Source of the DNA: an uncultured Spirochaetota bacterium
GTDB taxonomy: Bacteria; Spirochaetota; Brevinematia; Brevinematales; JAOACQ01
Length of the DNA stretch: 64,000 nucleotides
Direction: 5' to 3'
NCBI GenBank assembly: GCA_963835575.1
Contig: CAWIGG010000006.1
Span: forward strand, 160,001-224,000
Shown piece by piece: positions 28,828 to 40,397 of the stretch. The notes under the pieces were generated by a model. That model was given only the letters and a program-made list of their open reading frames with translations. It had not been told where the DNA came from and did no database searches. The position numbers and the translations under genes were made by a program. Each line of letters begins with the position of its first letter. Position 1 is the first letter of the stretch.

Positions 28828-29180
28828 GATGTACTGCGCAGGAGGAGGCACAGCCTGCGGCTGCGCTAGCATCAGGCATGTCCCGCCGCGATTGTTCGGT
28901 CATCAAGTAACAACGAAGCCTTTGTACCGAGATGACAGCCATAACGCTCCCCTCGATAAGGGAGTCCCTCGGTAGACCTGAGCGGTTCTCTCGGTAGTGC
29001 TGTAAAGCAGGGAGTGGTGTACCCGGGAACCGGGCGTTTCAATACCGTAAGCCCGGTCGTCGAGTTTACTGCTTCTTGCTCTTCTGTACTATCGGGACAA
29101 CCGTTCAGTACTATCGAGGAAACCGTGTCTCAAACAATGAACAATTTTAATAGATGGAATAAAAAAACAGGAGGCCCGTC
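28828..29180 (+). ncRNA. Candidate structured non-coding RNA or mobile-element left end, unassigned
   Basis: GC-rich non-coding segment with multiple stems (TACCGAGA/TCTCGGTA, CGCTC/GAGCG, ACCGGGC/GCCCGGT), ending in AGGAGG-ATG of a truncated ORF. Confidence 0.4.
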
Positions 29181-29230
29181 ATGCCAAAACCTCATTATTC
29201 AGCATCCTCCTCGCGGCTTTATTTAAATAT

Positions 29231-29434
29231 GGGCAGTTCTAAAAACTCAAATATTTAGAACTGCCGCTATTATATGAGTTCATGCTACCGCCCGAGTTCG
29301 CTGTCTGAAAAGATCATCAACCAGCGAACTCTATACGGTAGAGCCAATTAAATTTACAAGAGATTCTATAACCGGGGCAGTTCCAAAACCTATGTTGGAA
29401 ATATCTGATTGATTTTGAGTTTTTGGAACTGCCC
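29231..29434. mobile_element. 204-bp MITE, inverted copy of 6455-6659, 4-bp TSD ATAT
   Basis: Same TIRs and same internal CTACCG..GAGTTCGCTG / CAGCGAACTC..CGGTAG hairpin. Confidence 0.9.
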
Positions 29435-29471
29435 ATATTATAAAAATATATGAAATATTTGGAGATCATCA

Positions 29472-30152
29472 ATGGATAATATTAAAAACCATTTTGAATC
29501 GGAAGCGGAGGAATTCGACTCTATCATTTTAAAGATTATACCGTATTATAGTGAAATGATAGAAGCGCTGGCACTGTCGATCCCTTTCGGAAGGAATGAT
29601 GCGATAAAAGCCATCGATCTGGGCTGCGGCACCGGGACAATTTCAAAAAGCATCATTGAAAAGTTCCCGAACGCCAGGATTACCTGTCTGGATATAGCGG
29701 AAAACATGATCAGCATGGCCCGGATGAAATTAATAAAGCATGAAAATATTTTGTATTCCACGGGCGATTTTTCAAGTTATGAATTCAAAGAAAAATATGA
29801 TGTAATAGTATCCTCCCTGGCATTGCATCATCTGGCGGCGGATAATGATAAAAAGACATTTTACACTAAAATCTATCATGCGTTAAATGAGAACGGCGTG
29901 TTTTATAACGCGGATGTGGTACTGGGTTCAAACGATTATAATCAGGATGTTTATATGAAAAAGTGGAAGGAATATATGAACAAAACAGTGTCACAGGATG
30001 AGATTGATAACAAATGGATTCCTAAATATTATGAGGAAGACAGGCCGGCCCGGTTGATCAGCCAGCTTGAATGGCTGAAAGAAACCGGTTTCAGGGATGT
30101 TGAAATCATATGGAAATATTATAATTTCGCCGTTTATGGCGGGTGCAGGTAA
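29472..30152 (+). CDS. Class I SAM-dependent methyltransferase (CmoA-like fold)
   Basis: IDLGCGTG, SSLALHHL. Confidence 0.9.
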   Translation: MDNIKNHFESEAEEFDSIILKIIPYYSEMIEALALSIPFGRNDAIKAIDLGCGTGTISKSIIEKFPNARITCLDIAENMISMARMKLIKHENILYSTGDFSSYEFKEKYDVIVSSLALHHLAADNDKKTFYTKIYHALNENGVFYNADVVLGSNDYNQDVYMKKWKEYMNKTVSQDEIDNKWIPKYYEEDRPARLISQLEWLKETGFRDVEIIWKYYNFAVYGGCR

Positions 30153-30160
30153 ATTATTAT

Positions 30161-30844
30161 ATGGAAAATAATATTGATCTGAATACCATAGTTCAAGAAT
30201 ACGGTTTAAAAGTATCATGCCTTTCCAGAAGGATGATCCGGAATAAGCATATCGCATTGGAAGCCGCACAGGAAGCCTGGTTTGAGATTATTAAAAGCAT
30301 TGAATCATTCAAGGGCGAATCCAGTCTTTCCACATGGATCTATACCGTGGCCAAAAGGACAATTCTCCGGTATTCAAAAAAAGAAAAAGTCATTTCCAGG
30401 CATGAATTCAAGGATTTTTTTCAAAATGATGAAATTTCCTATTATGAAACTAATACCGGCAGGGCCGCATGGGTAAAGGAAAAGTGCGACGACTGCCTGA
30501 CCGCTTTCTGCCATTGCCTGAATAATGAGGCCAGGATCATTTTTATATTCAGGGAAATAATCGGACTTTCCTATGATGAGATTTCTCAAATCATGGACGA
30601 TAGTGCGGGAAATATCAGAAAAATCTGGTCCAGGTCAAAAAAGAAAGTGAGGAACTTTATGGAAGAGAATTGCTTTCTCTATAATCAGGACGCTGAATGC
30701 CGCTGCAGGATCAGAAAGGAAATTATAAAGGTTGATCTGCAGAAGGAATATGAAAAATTAAAAAAGACAGCCGAAATAATGCGATTTTATTTAAAGTTTG
30801 AAAAAGATCTGCCCAGGGTCAATTTCTGGAAAATAAAATTGTAA
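30161..30844 (+). CDS. ECF RNA polymerase sigma factor with Cys-rich segments
   Basis: SFKGESSLSTWIYTVA region 2, GLSYDEI region 4, CDDCLTAFCHC and C..CRC motifs. Confidence 0.88.
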   Translation: MENNIDLNTIVQEYGLKVSCLSRRMIRNKHIALEAAQEAWFEIIKSIESFKGESSLSTWIYTVAKRTILRYSKKEKVISRHEFKDFFQNDEISYYETNTGRAAWVKEKCDDCLTAFCHCLNNEARIIFIFREIIGLSYDEISQIMDDSAGNIRKIWSRSKKKVRNFMEENCFLYNQDAECRCRIRKEIIKVDLQKEYEKLKKTAEIMRFYLKFEKDLPRVNFWKIKL

Positions 30845-30894
30845 AGATGTCACAAAATTCGGTTCCCCTCCACTAAATATATGAATTAAATTTA

Positions 30895-31329
30895 ATGGAG
30901 GATCAAATGGATTATCGGCTTATGACGGCCCCTTGCGGGAGGGACTGCTTTAACTGTCCGCTTTATCTTGCTAAAGAAAACGAGGGATTGAAAAGCTATT
31001 TTGTAAAAACTTACGGTATGGAAAGCGCGAAAACAGGCTGCGACGGATGCCGGAGTATTGAAGGGAGATGCTATTTCCTTCAGAAGCTTGGTTTCAGCGA
31101 AGAATGTAAAATATACCGCTGTGTTCAGGAGCAAAAAGTGAATTTCTGCTTTGAATGCGCTGAATTTCCCTGTGAAAAGCTGCAGCCCCTGGCGGACAGG
31201 GCGGATAAATTCCCCCATAATCTTAAAGTCTATAATTTATGCCTCATCCAAAAGCTGGGGCTGGAAAACTGGGCCGCAAAGGCGAAGGAAGTTTTCGATA
31301 GTTATTTCAAGGCAAAGCTGGATTTATAA
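30895..31329 (+). CDS. DUF3795 Cys-rich protein
   Basis: APCGRDCFNC, CDGC, CKIYRC, FCFECAEFPC. Confidence 0.85.
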   Translation: MEDQMDYRLMTAPCGRDCFNCPLYLAKENEGLKSYFVKTYGMESAKTGCDGCRSIEGRCYFLQKLGFSEECKIYRCVQEQKVNFCFECAEFPCEKLQPLADRADKFPHNLKVYNLCLIQKLGLENWAAKAKEVFDSYFKAKLDL

Positions 31330-31387
31330 GGAAAGTGAAAGCCAGAGCGGCTGCATGAATTGGAACCGTTAAAGCGTTCTGTAAATA

Positions 31388-32874
31388 GTTGTCCCTGAAA
31401 AAGCCGATTTTCAGAGTAAACCATAGCACAAGCCAATAGCTTTGAAAGGAAAATTTACTTTGATAACGAAATTTATCCATTCAAAAACCGGGCGCAAGAA
31501 AGCCCGCAGGAGCTTTCTCAGATTAAAACCACAGCCGGAAAGAATTGCGTTGATACTGTCACCTTCTTCGCCTTTTAAGTAATTCCTGTCGAGCGAACAA
31601 TCGTTTTTCAAATGTCCAATGTCCGGTTCTATAGCGCTCCTTCGCTTCATCCATCGATGCAGCGCCGGATTTTTCTTTTTCATTCCGTGTTTTGAGACAA
31701 TGACTTGAATATCGCCTTGATAATCGTGTTCTTTATATCCACCGTCCGTCGCGGCCTGCTTGATTTTTACAAAATCCTTCGTCAGTCTTTCCGCCTGTTC
31801 CAGATTCGCCGACAGTGTGTGGCCGTCAAACGGGTTCCCGTGAAAAGCTTCTATCCCCAGTATGAAACCGGCTTTCGCTGAACTGACCACTCCCACTTTA
31901 CATCCGAATTCGTATTTCTTATGTGCCTTGCCTTTCGCTATACATTCCACTTCCGGCGCATGAATGCTGTAAATCTTGTTTTTATCCTGTCTTTTCTGAT
32001 TCAATAGTTGTCCGATCACTTCTATCGTTTTACCATATCTTTCGTCTATCAGAAACTTCCCGTTTGTTTTTCGGTCTATTTCCAGGTAAAGCCTTCCCAG
32101 GTATGTTCTGAGCTTACGGACTTCCTTCGCCGCTTTCTTCATCTTCCGGCTATGGGCATAACGAGACTGCATCAGAAGGCAATGTTTGCCAACCCGCTCG
32201 AATGTTTGTTTTAATTGGATATTATGCGTTTTCGCGTAACGTACAAGATATCGGATCGCTTTGTAATAAAGCCTCGCATCGGTCGGATAAGCAATCGCCT
32301 TTTCCTGTACGGTCGTATCCACATTGACTCTTGCCAAATCCGATTTTTTGATCGCTTTCGATTCCAAACCGGCACGGATCGTCTCTTTAAGCATTGTTTT
32401 GCATCCGCTTTTCTCAATCCTTTTCCGCCAGCGGCTCATTGATGAAGGATTGATAGGAAATTCATGCTCAAAATACTCTCCACCGCAGAAATATCGCCAA
32501 TATGGATTCTGCACCCAAAATGCCACTACGTCGTCATCGCTCATGTCAAACGCGTATTTCAGGTAATGCAGCCCAACCATTAGCCTTGTCGGCACTCCCG
32601 GTCTTCCGTTGTCCGGACAATACAATTCGCCCATCGTTTCTTCAAAATGTTTCCAGTTAAACCGTTCCGCCATTTTACACAGGGGTTGGTTTAAATCCAC
32701 AATCCTTCTCAGCGGTATTTTAAAAAGCTCTTCTTCCGCTTTTAATATATTTGGTGTCATTGTGAAAACTCCCGGTTTTTATTGGCTTTTTGCTGTTTCC
32801 CAGGAGTTATTTTACACTATTTTTGCTTTCCTGGCCAATATTCATAAGCCTTTGCTGGCTTTTTCAGGGACAAC
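31388..32874 (-). mobile_element. IS5-family insertion sequence
   Basis: Perfect 18-bp TIR GTTGTCCCTGAAAAAGCC, flanked by TA on both sides. Confidence 0.92.
31411..32760 (-). CDS. IS5-family transposase
   Basis: GRPGVPTRLMVGL, VDTTVQEKAIAYPTD, KGKAHKKYEFG, RRSAIEP. Confidence 0.95.
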   Translation of the reverse strand: MTPNILKAEEELFKIPLRRIVDLNQPLCKMAERFNWKHFEETMGELYCPDNGRPGVPTRLMVGLHYLKYAFDMSDDDVVAFWVQNPYWRYFCGGEYFEHEFPINPSSMSRWRKRIEKSGCKTMLKETIRAGLESKAIKKSDLARVNVDTTVQEKAIAYPTDARLYYKAIRYLVRYAKTHNIQLKQTFERVGKHCLLMQSRYAHSRKMKKAAKEVRKLRTYLGRLYLEIDRKTNGKFLIDERYGKTIEVIGQLLNQKRQDKNKIYSIHAPEVECIAKGKAHKKYEFGCKVGVVSSAKAGFILGIEAFHGNPFDGHTLSANLEQAERLTKDFVKIKQAATDGGYKEHDYQGDIQVIVSKHGMKKKNPALHRWMKRRSAIEPDIGHLKNDCSLDRNYLKGEEGDSINAILSGCGFNLRKLLRAFLRPVFEWINFVIKVNFPFKAIGLCYGLL

Positions 32875-32905
32875 TAATTATCATCGTTGATATTTTGAAT
32901 CAGGC

Positions 32906-32939
32906 GCAGTTCCAAAAACCTGAGATTTTTGGAACTGCC
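32906..32939. repeat. Single GCAGTTCCAAAAA...TTTTTGGAACTGC palindrome (MITE end unit)
   Basis: Same sequence as the sub-terminal hairpins of the 205-bp MITE. Confidence 0.75.
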
Positions 32940-33004
32940 TCATAAATTTTTATTGAGAAACCCGGCTTTCTGTTCCGATAATTAACCGCCGGGGGCGCTT
33001 TGTT

Positions 33005-33877
33005 ATGAAAAATGGTGTTTTTACTTCAATAAATAATATTAAATCCTATGCAAAAATAAATCTTTTTCTTGATGTGACAGGCGTCGATTCGGCGGACGGT
33101 TACCATTATATTGACAGTCTTTTTCAGGAAGTGACTCTCTATGATGAAATAGAAATAAAAAGGCATACTGAAGACAATACCCTGTTTCAAAACGAAGATA
33201 TTCCGGCCGAAAATACTGTGAGTAAAGCGTTGAGGCTATTTAAGGAAAAGTATCAAATTGACGACTCTTTTTCAATTAAAATCGTTAAAAATATTCCCAT
33301 CGGAGCGGGCCTCGGCGGTGGCAGCTCGAACGCCGCCGCTGTTCTGACAGCCCTGGCAAAAGCCTATCGATTGCCGATGGCTGAAATTATTGAGATAGGC
33401 CGTAAAATCGGGAGCGATGTACCGTTTTTCTTTACCGGCGGGCTCTGCCGGGTCCGCGGAAAGGGAGAAAAGGTGGAATCTCTTGATATAAAACTCGAAA
33501 ATATGGCATTTTTGATCATTTACCCCATGATCCACATCTCGACAGGCTGGGCCTATTCGCTTATCAATGATAAAGAAAAGAAATACGACTTGGAAAAATT
33601 TCTTAACAAGACGGCCCCCGATATTGATTTTCTTAAAAAAATAGTGTATAATAAACTCCAGCTTTTTGTTTTTAATAATTGTCAAGAATTAGCTGACATA
33701 AAAAAAAGGCTGGACGGCTTTCTTGATTCGCGCCTCTCTTTTATGAGCGGAAGCGGGTCATCACTGGTGTATGTTTATACTGACTCCCTCAAAGCGCAAA
33801 AGGATTTGACGGCTTTAAAAAGTCAGTCTGGCTATAAAGCTTTTTTATGCGGACCTTACTACAGGAGGACACGGTGA
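33005..33877 (+). CDS. ispE: 4-diphosphocytidyl-2-C-methyl-D-erythritol kinase
   Basis: [37 protein letters not shown]. Confidence 0.95.
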   Translation: MKNGVFTSINNIKSYAKINLFLDVTGVDSADGYHYIDSLFQEVTLYDEIEIKRHTEDNTLFQNEDIPAENTVSKALRLFKEKYQIDDSFSIKIVKNIPIGAGLGGGSSNAAAVLTALAKAYRLPMAEIIEIGRKIGSDVPFFFTGGLCRVRGKGEKVESLDIKLENMAFLIIYPMIHISTGWAYSLINDKEKKYDLEKFLNKTAPDIDFLKKIVYNKLQLFVFNNCQELADIKKRLDGFLDSRLSFMSGSGSSLVYVYTDSLKAQKDLTALKSQSGYKAFLCGPYYRRTR

Positions 33878-33938
33878 CCCCTCATTATTGCAGACGGTAA
33901 AAGATTGGTTTTTAATTTTCTTCAGGAGGATAAACTTT

Positions 33939-34193
33939 ATGGAAATCACAGACATCAGGATCAAGAAAGTAGAAGGGGAGAACAAGTTAAAGGCTTATGC
34001 TTCGATTACATTCGATGACAGCTTTGTGATTCACAACATTAAAGTCATTCAAGGAAACAATGGTTTGTTTATCGCTATGCCCTCTAGAAGGACAAGAAGC
34101 GGTGAAATGAAGGATGTGGCGCATCCCATTAATTCCCAGTTCAGGGAAAAGATCCAGAATGCTATTTTAGAGGCCTATCAGGCGGAACAATAA
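33939..34193 (+). CDS. spoVG: SpoVG family regulator
   Basis: MEITDIRI...GLFIAMPS...DVAHPIN; AGGAGG RBS. Confidence 0.95.
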   Translation: MEITDIRIKKVEGENKLKAYASITFDDSFVIHNIKVIQGNNGLFIAMPSRRTRSGEMKDVAHPINSQFREKIQNAILEAYQAEQ

Positions 34194-34208
34194 AAATTAA
34201 AATAGTGT

Positions 34209-34282
34209 TGGGGCGTCGCCAAGTTGGTAAGGCAGCGGGTTTTGGATCCGCCATTTCGAAGGTTCGAGTCCTTCCGCCCCAG
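34209..34282 (+). tRNA. tRNA-Gln(TTG), CCA not encoded
   Basis: TGGGGCG/CGCCCCA acceptor stem, GCGGG-TTTTGGA-TCCGC anticodon arm, GGTTCGAGTCC T arm. Confidence 0.97.
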
Positions 34283-34385
34283 TTGTAATTAATACTTTGA
34301 TTCATATTCAATTTCATTAAAACTAAGTTTTATGCTGAATCTCTCTTGCGGTTTTTTGACAAAAAAAGAAAATTGGAGCCTCGAA

Positions 34386-35354
34386 GTGCCTTTTTCCAAT
34401 ATAAGGTTGATATCCGGCAGGGCCAATCAGGAATTGGCAAAAAAGATAGCGGGCTATACCGGCGTTGAGCTGGTCGATGTGATGATAACGGAGTTCGCGG
34501 ACAGCGAGATATTTGTCAGGATACAGGAAAATATACGCGGCAAGGATGTCTTTATCATCCAGCCGATGTGTAATCCTGCTTATAAAAACATTATGGAGCT
34601 TCTTATTATTATCGATGCTCTCAGGAGATCTTCCGCGGAGAGGATAACGGCGGTTATACCGTATTTCGGATATGCCCGGCAGGATAGAAAAGCGGAGCCC
34701 AGGGTCCCGATCACAGCAAAGCTTGTGGCGAACCTGCTGACCGTGGCCGGGACGGACAGGGTCCTGGCGATGGACCTGCACGCGGCGCAGATACAGGGCT
34801 TTTTTGATATTCCGGTGGACCATCTTTACGCGACGCCGGTATTTCTTAATACCCTCAAGGAAGTTAAGGACCTTTCGGATTATGTCGTTGTATCCCCGGA
34901 CGCGGGCGGAGTGGAAAGGTCGCGTTTTTTTGCCAAGCAGATCGGAGTCAGTATGGCGATACTGGATAAACGCAGAGAAAAGAAAAATGAGGCCGAAGTC
35001 CTGCACCTCATTGGCCGCGTGGACGGAATGAATGTCATTATGATAGACGATATGATCGATACGGCGGGCACTGTCGTCAAGGCGGCGGAAATGCTCAAGA
35101 AGAAAGGCGCGAAGTCGATCAATGTTTATTCGACGCATGCCGTTCTTTCGGGACCGGCCGCTGAAAGGATAAAAGGATCGGTTATTGATAATCTGTATTT
35201 GACTGACACGATCCCGATTGATGATGCTAAAAAGAAGCTGATGGGAAATAAGCTGCATGTCCTGTCTGTTTATGAACTGATCGGACAGGCGATAGAAAGG
35301 ATTCATTTGAACCTTTCAGTCAGTTCGCTGTTTGTTTCGGAGAATAAAGTATAA
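34386..35354 (+). CDS. prs: Ribose-phosphate pyrophosphokinase
   Basis: PYFGYARQDRK, DLHAAQIQGFF, VSPDAGG, DDMIDTAGT; probable GTG start. Confidence 0.96.
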   Translation: MPFSNIRLISGRANQELAKKIAGYTGVELVDVMITEFADSEIFVRIQENIRGKDVFIIQPMCNPAYKNIMELLIIIDALRRSSAERITAVIPYFGYARQDRKAEPRVPITAKLVANLLTVAGTDRVLAMDLHAAQIQGFFDIPVDHLYATPVFLNTLKEVKDLSDYVVVSPDAGGVERSRFFAKQIGVSMAILDKRREKKNEAEVLHLIGRVDGMNVIMIDDMIDTAGTVVKAAEMLKKKGAKSINVYSTHAVLSGPAAERIKGSVIDNLYLTDTIPIDDAKKKLMGNKLHVLSVYELIGQAIERIHLNLSVSSLFVSENKV

Positions 35355-35382
35355 AAGAAGTGTAAATAGAGGAGAATAGTTT

Positions 35383-35931
35383 ATGTCAGAAAGCGATTTT
35401 GTTTTGAATGCGGAAGAAAGGCAGATGATGGGGAAATCGAATTCCCTTAAGATCAGAAGCACGCAGAAACTGCCTGGTGTAGTTTATGGGCCGGAAATTA
35501 AGGAAAATATCTTCATTACCGTAGACTATAAAGAGTTTGAGAAAACCTTTAAGACTTATGGAAGGCATCAGGTGTTTAATCTGTCAGCCGGTAAGAAAAA
35601 GTTTCCTGTGATCATCAAGGATTATAAAATTCATCCAATAAGCAGAAATTTCCTGCATGTGGATTTTTACGCGATAACGCCCAAAAAGCCTTTCACAACG
35701 GAAGTCCCGGTTAAGTACACCGGCACTCCGGTAGGCGTCAAGGAAGGCGGCGGTCTCTATATCTTTACAAGGCAGGTGAGGATTAATACTGACCTTGCGA
35801 ATCTGCCTGCGTCAATTGATGTGGATATCTCTCAGTTGAAGATAAACCAGTATCTGATTGTCAGGGATATTCCAAAAGGCAATTATAAGATATTGACCCA
35901 TGAAGGTACAGCCTTGGTCGAAGTTAAATAA
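35383..35931 (+). CDS. rplY: 50S ribosomal protein L25/Ctc
   Basis: PGVVYG, HVDFY, GVKEGG; between prs and pth. Confidence 0.93.
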   Translation: MSESDFVLNAEERQMMGKSNSLKIRSTQKLPGVVYGPEIKENIFITVDYKEFEKTFKTYGRHQVFNLSAGKKKFPVIIKDYKIHPISRNFLHVDFYAITPKKPFTTEVPVKYTGTPVGVKEGGGLYIFTRQVRINTDLANLPASIDVDISQLKINQYLIVRDIPKGNYKILTHEGTALVEVK

Positions 35932-35946
35932 ATTCTCCGGCGGAGG

Positions 35947-36513
35947 TTGCTTTTGAAACTGGTAGTAGGTTTGGGAAACCCGGGTGAGGCTTATGAAGGA
36001 ACCCGGCATAATCTGGGATTTATTGTATTGGACCGCCTTGCGGTGAGACATGACACAAGCGTGGACATCAAGAAAAAAAAGTCCATGATCGGCAGGTTCA
36101 GACTGGGCAAGGAAAGAGTGATGCTCCTGAAACCCCAGACTTTTGTAAACTTAAGCGGTGAAGCGGTCCTTTACATGGCCAGCTTTTTGAGGATCATGCC
36201 CGAGAATATTATTGTCGTCTGTGATGATGTCAATCTGGCCCCGGGAAAAATCCGGATCAGGAAATACGGCTCGAGCGGGGGCCATAACGGTATTAAATCC
36301 CTGATACAGTTCCTGAGGTCTGATAATTTTCCGCGCGTACGGATCGGCGTCGGTTCGCCGGCGGATGACCAGCGCCTGGAAAATTTTGTTCTGGACAGAT
36401 TTGCTCCTGAAGAAATGCATCTTCTGGCCCCTTCCATCGAAAAAGCATGCGATGCCATTGAAATGATCATTAATAATGAAATCGAAAACGCGATGAATGT
36501 ATATAATGAATAA
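35947..36513 (+). CDS. pth: Peptidyl-tRNA hydrolase
   Basis: VGLGNPG..Y..TRHNLG, KPQTFVNLSG, GGHNG. Confidence 0.96.
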   Translation: MLLKLVVGLGNPGEAYEGTRHNLGFIVLDRLAVRHDTSVDIKKKKSMIGRFRLGKERVMLLKPQTFVNLSGEAVLYMASFLRIMPENIIVVCDDVNLAPGKIRIRKYGSSGGHNGIKSLIQFLRSDNFPRVRIGVGSPADDQRLENFVLDRFAPEEMHLLAPSIEKACDAIEMIINNEIENAMNVYNE

Positions 36514-36637
36514 AGGGTATTTCCAAAGACTGCCTTAAGTATCAAGCCGGTGTTTATGGAAATACCTGAAACATTGTACTCGGAGAATAATATGTTCTTA
36601 ATTCTTAAGTATTTTGTTCGCTTTTAGACTGCCCTAA

Positions 36638-38071
36638 ATGAAAAAGAGCGGATTTTCAGGGATCATCGAAAAAACTTTTCTCGAAACCGTTTCAAAATTC
36701 AATTTAATCCGGCCTCAGGAAAAGATACTCATCGCTCTATCAGGCGGCCCGGATTCCGTATTACTGGCACATCTGTTTAATAAATTTAAAGAGCAGTTTA
36801 AAATCACGCCTGTTCTGATGCATATTAATCACCATCTTCGCGGCAGGGAAAGCCAAAAGGATGAGAAGTTCGCGTGTGAATATGCCGGCAAACTCGGGCT
36901 TGAATTTGTTTTAAAGGATATTGATGTCCTATCCTATGCTGAAAATAATAAATTATCGCTGGAAGCTGCCGGCAGGGCGCTCCGTTATCAGGCCTTCGAA
37001 GACGCTATGAAAGAAAAGGACTGCCGGAAGCTGGCCACCGCGCATCATCTGGATGACCTTGCGGAGACTATGGTTTTCCGCCTTCTCAAAGGCAGCGGCG
37101 TTTCAGGACTGGCCGCCATTCCGGTCAAAAGGGGAGATATCATCCGGCCACTTCTGTATCTGGAAAAACATGATATTCTGGCCTATCTTGATCAGCATCA
37201 TATTAAGTACCGTATTGATTCCAGCAATAAAAATGACGCGTTTGACAGAAATTATATCAGGAACAGCATTATCCCTCTTTTTGAGAAACGGTTCCCGGCC
37301 TTCAGACGGAAATTCATGGATCTCTATGAGATTATTATGGAAGAGGAACAGGTCTGGCAGGCGCTCCTGGAGCCTTTAAAAAAATCAATCTATGAGGAAG
37401 AAGGCCTTGTTTCCATAAAGAAAAATCTGCTTTTAAGGAATAAGAATACTCCGAAGGCCCTGCTGAGGCGTTTTTTGAAATGGGTCATACAAAACTATAT
37501 GGCCGGGGATTTTTATCCCAATTCGGATCTGCTGGACGATATATTGAAATTCTGTGAAAATAAGGAAGGAAACAAGACAGTATTTAAGAATAATGCCTTC
37601 AGAATTGTCTCTTCCTATGACAGTATCGTTTTTGAGAAAAGCTCAAAAAAATTCCCTAAAAAGCCGAAATATGTTAAACTTAATAATAATCTCAGTGTTC
37701 CCTATGGAAGTTACAGCCTCATTATAAAAAGATCCGCCGGCGGGTTCCGCCCTGAAGGGCCGGCAAAAAACGCCTGCTCATTTGATCCCGGGGGAATGTC
37801 CGGTTTGAAGGTCAGGCAAAGGCTGGAGGGCGACAGGATCAGGATCGCGGCGGCCCGGACAAAAAAAGTAAAAGATTTTTTTATTGATTGTAAATTCAGC
37901 GTCATCCAGAGGGAGGAATCTTTTCTTCTGGAAGCGGCGGATGAAAAAATCATCGCGGTCTATATTCCCGGTTACGGATTCAGGGTTTCCACGGATTTTT
38001 ATGTGAATAAGAAAACCAAAGAGATTATATCCGTCAGGGTTCTTAAAAAGCGCGGGGCATTTGACGCTTGA
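36638..38071 (+). CDS. tilS: tRNA(Ile)-lysidine synthetase
   Basis: SGGPDS, AHHLDDLAET, IIRPLL, RNYIR. Confidence 0.95.
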   Translation: MKKSGFSGIIEKTFLETVSKFNLIRPQEKILIALSGGPDSVLLAHLFNKFKEQFKITPVLMHINHHLRGRESQKDEKFACEYAGKLGLEFVLKDIDVLSYAENNKLSLEAAGRALRYQAFEDAMKEKDCRKLATAHHLDDLAETMVFRLLKGSGVSGLAAIPVKRGDIIRPLLYLEKHDILAYLDQHHIKYRIDSSNKNDAFDRNYIRNSIIPLFEKRFPAFRRKFMDLYEIIMEEEQVWQALLEPLKKSIYEEEGLVSIKKNLLLRNKNTPKALLRRFLKWVIQNYMAGDFYPNSDLLDDILKFCENKEGNKTVFKNNAFRIVSSYDSIVFEKSSKKFPKKPKYVKLNNNLSVPYGSYSLIIKRSAGGFRPEGPAKNACSFDPGGMSGLKVRQRLEGDRIRIAAARTKKVKDFFIDCKFSVIQREESFLLEAADEKIIAVYIPGYGFRVSTDFYVNKKTKEIISVRVLKKRGAFDA

Positions 38072-38141
38072 CGATACGTGTAATTTTCAATATATTAATA
38101 GATTAGTGGGAATATTTTTTCTTTTCTTAAAGGAGAACAGA

Positions 38142-40052
<1,911 letters not shown>

Positions 40053-40076
40053 AGCAGAAGGAACGGAAGGTCATGT

Positions 40077-40397
40077 ATGAAAGAAAGGCCGAAGCTTAAT
40101 TTTATCACTTATATCTTTATGCTTTACCAGTCGGGGCTCATAGCCCTGGGAAAGCTGGAGAACCCTATTACAAAAAAAACAAGCATGGAGATTGAAGAGG
40201 TTAAGGGGATTATCGAACTCCTTGAAGTGCTGGAGGAGAAAACGAAGGGCAATCTGAACAGTGAGGAAGAACGCACTTTGAAAATGCTCCTGGACACGCT
40301 CCGCCTGAATTATGTTGAAGAAGCAGATAAAAATGAGAAACAAAAGCCTTCGGGGGGCTCTGAGAAAAAAGACGGGGATAACCTTGAAATCCATTGA
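40077..40397 (+). CDS. DUF1844 domain protein
   Basis: LGKLENP...LEEKTKGNLNSEE...LRLNYV. Confidence 0.8.
   Translation: MKERPKLNFITYIFMLYQSGLIALGKLENPITKKTSMEIEEVKGIIELLEVLEEKTKGNLNSEEERTLKMLLDTLRLNYVEEADKNEKQKPSGGSEKKDGDNLEIH

Noticed and set aside
28940..29000. SRP RNA on the minus strand (GAACCGCTCAGGTC)
   Set aside because: Lacks the following CGGAAGGAAGCAGC helix-8 signature.
34323..35306. Long antisense ORF over prs (likewise 39078..39914 over ftsH and 28343..28942)
   Set aside because: Shadow ORFs opposite well-supported genes, with no recognisable motifs.
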